Shown piece after piece: positions 63,391 to 64,000 of a stretch of 64,000 bases of DNA (position 1 is the first letter of the stretch; every line of letters starts with the position of its first letter). This stretch comes from Chiloscyllium plagiosum. Its lineage: Eukaryota. The notes beneath the pieces are model-generated. The model saw nothing but the letters and a program-made list of their open reading frames with translations, was not told where the DNA came from and did no database searches. The position numbers were made by a program, and so were the translations under genes. The stretch spans positions 18,415,185 through 18,479,184 of the forward strand of contig NC_057751.1 of NCBI RefSeq assembly GCF_004010195.1, read 5' to 3'.

Positions 63391-64000
63391 TTTAAATTCC
63401 AAGGGACAATTTGATCTCGGATCATTTTAAAAATTGACAGGATATTTTATGTTTTTTTTTATTTTCAGAACACACCTTGCAAAAATTGCTTGATATCGCA
63501 GGCAGTTGTTTCATTTTCTCTCCATGTAAAGCATCATTTCAATTTGCAAGTATCAGTTCATGTTGACAATCTGTTTCTCTGCTTTTCAGTTTCATACTGT
63601 TTATGGAACTTGCAAAGGACAATGGATTCATCGCCATTCCTTGCAGAACAGAACATCTTATTTCCTGTCAAGCAGATTGTGTACAGTTAAAGCCATTTCA
63701 CTCTGTGTTGTTTTTGGATTAACGATCAGTTCATTTTAACATATCCTTCTATCGCATATTTTTGTCATAACTCATGAAGGTTTCATAAATAAGAATAAAC
63801 TACAATCACTCTATTAGTTCTCTTCACTCATTATCATGTTCAAACAAATAAATTAAGGTGAACGCTACCTTCTACAGGCTCTCAAAACATCACCATGAAT
63901 GACCCTGAACATAAGAGAATCAGCTTTCACTGTCTAGGCCTTGTATAGTATACAATTACAATCTGAAAACGTTTCACTTTATTCTGTTAATGTGTGTTTC

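Noticed and set aside
63440..63690. Acceptor-like sites as exon 2 for the 59107 exon
   Set aside because: Downstream translations lack the NL..I.IL TM1 continuation and close quickly

Overview
Repeat-dense vertebrate intergenic/intronic DNA. The repeat repertoire (HE1-type SINEs, Deu-type SINEs, abundant CR1, Penelope tails) points to a cartilaginous fish, probably a shark (inference). Host genes: the large coding exon of a GPR139/GPR142-like rhodopsin-class GPCR (3794-4698), and a 67-bp first coding exon of a second paralog (59107-59173) that the ORF track misses. Together they suggest a tandem two-exon GPCR cluster. Nearly everything between them is nested, decayed retroelements: many CR1 LINEs (one near full length with ~89-bp 5' monomers, inserted into another CR1), two Gmr1-type Gypsy elements, a second Gypsy family, a Tx1/L1-clade LINE, a tRNA/Deu-SINE head joined to an endonuclease ORF, and three Penelope-like (PLE) families. 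The most notable signal is a set of minimal hammerhead-ribozyme cores (CUGAUGA-stem II-GAAA-palindromic stem III) in the PLE termini. Several are 100-210 bp TSD-flanked stand-alone or palindromic insertions whose breakpoints cluster at the ribozyme. All calls were made by eye; family names come from recalled consensus features, not database searches, and repeat boundaries are approximate unless a TSD is given.
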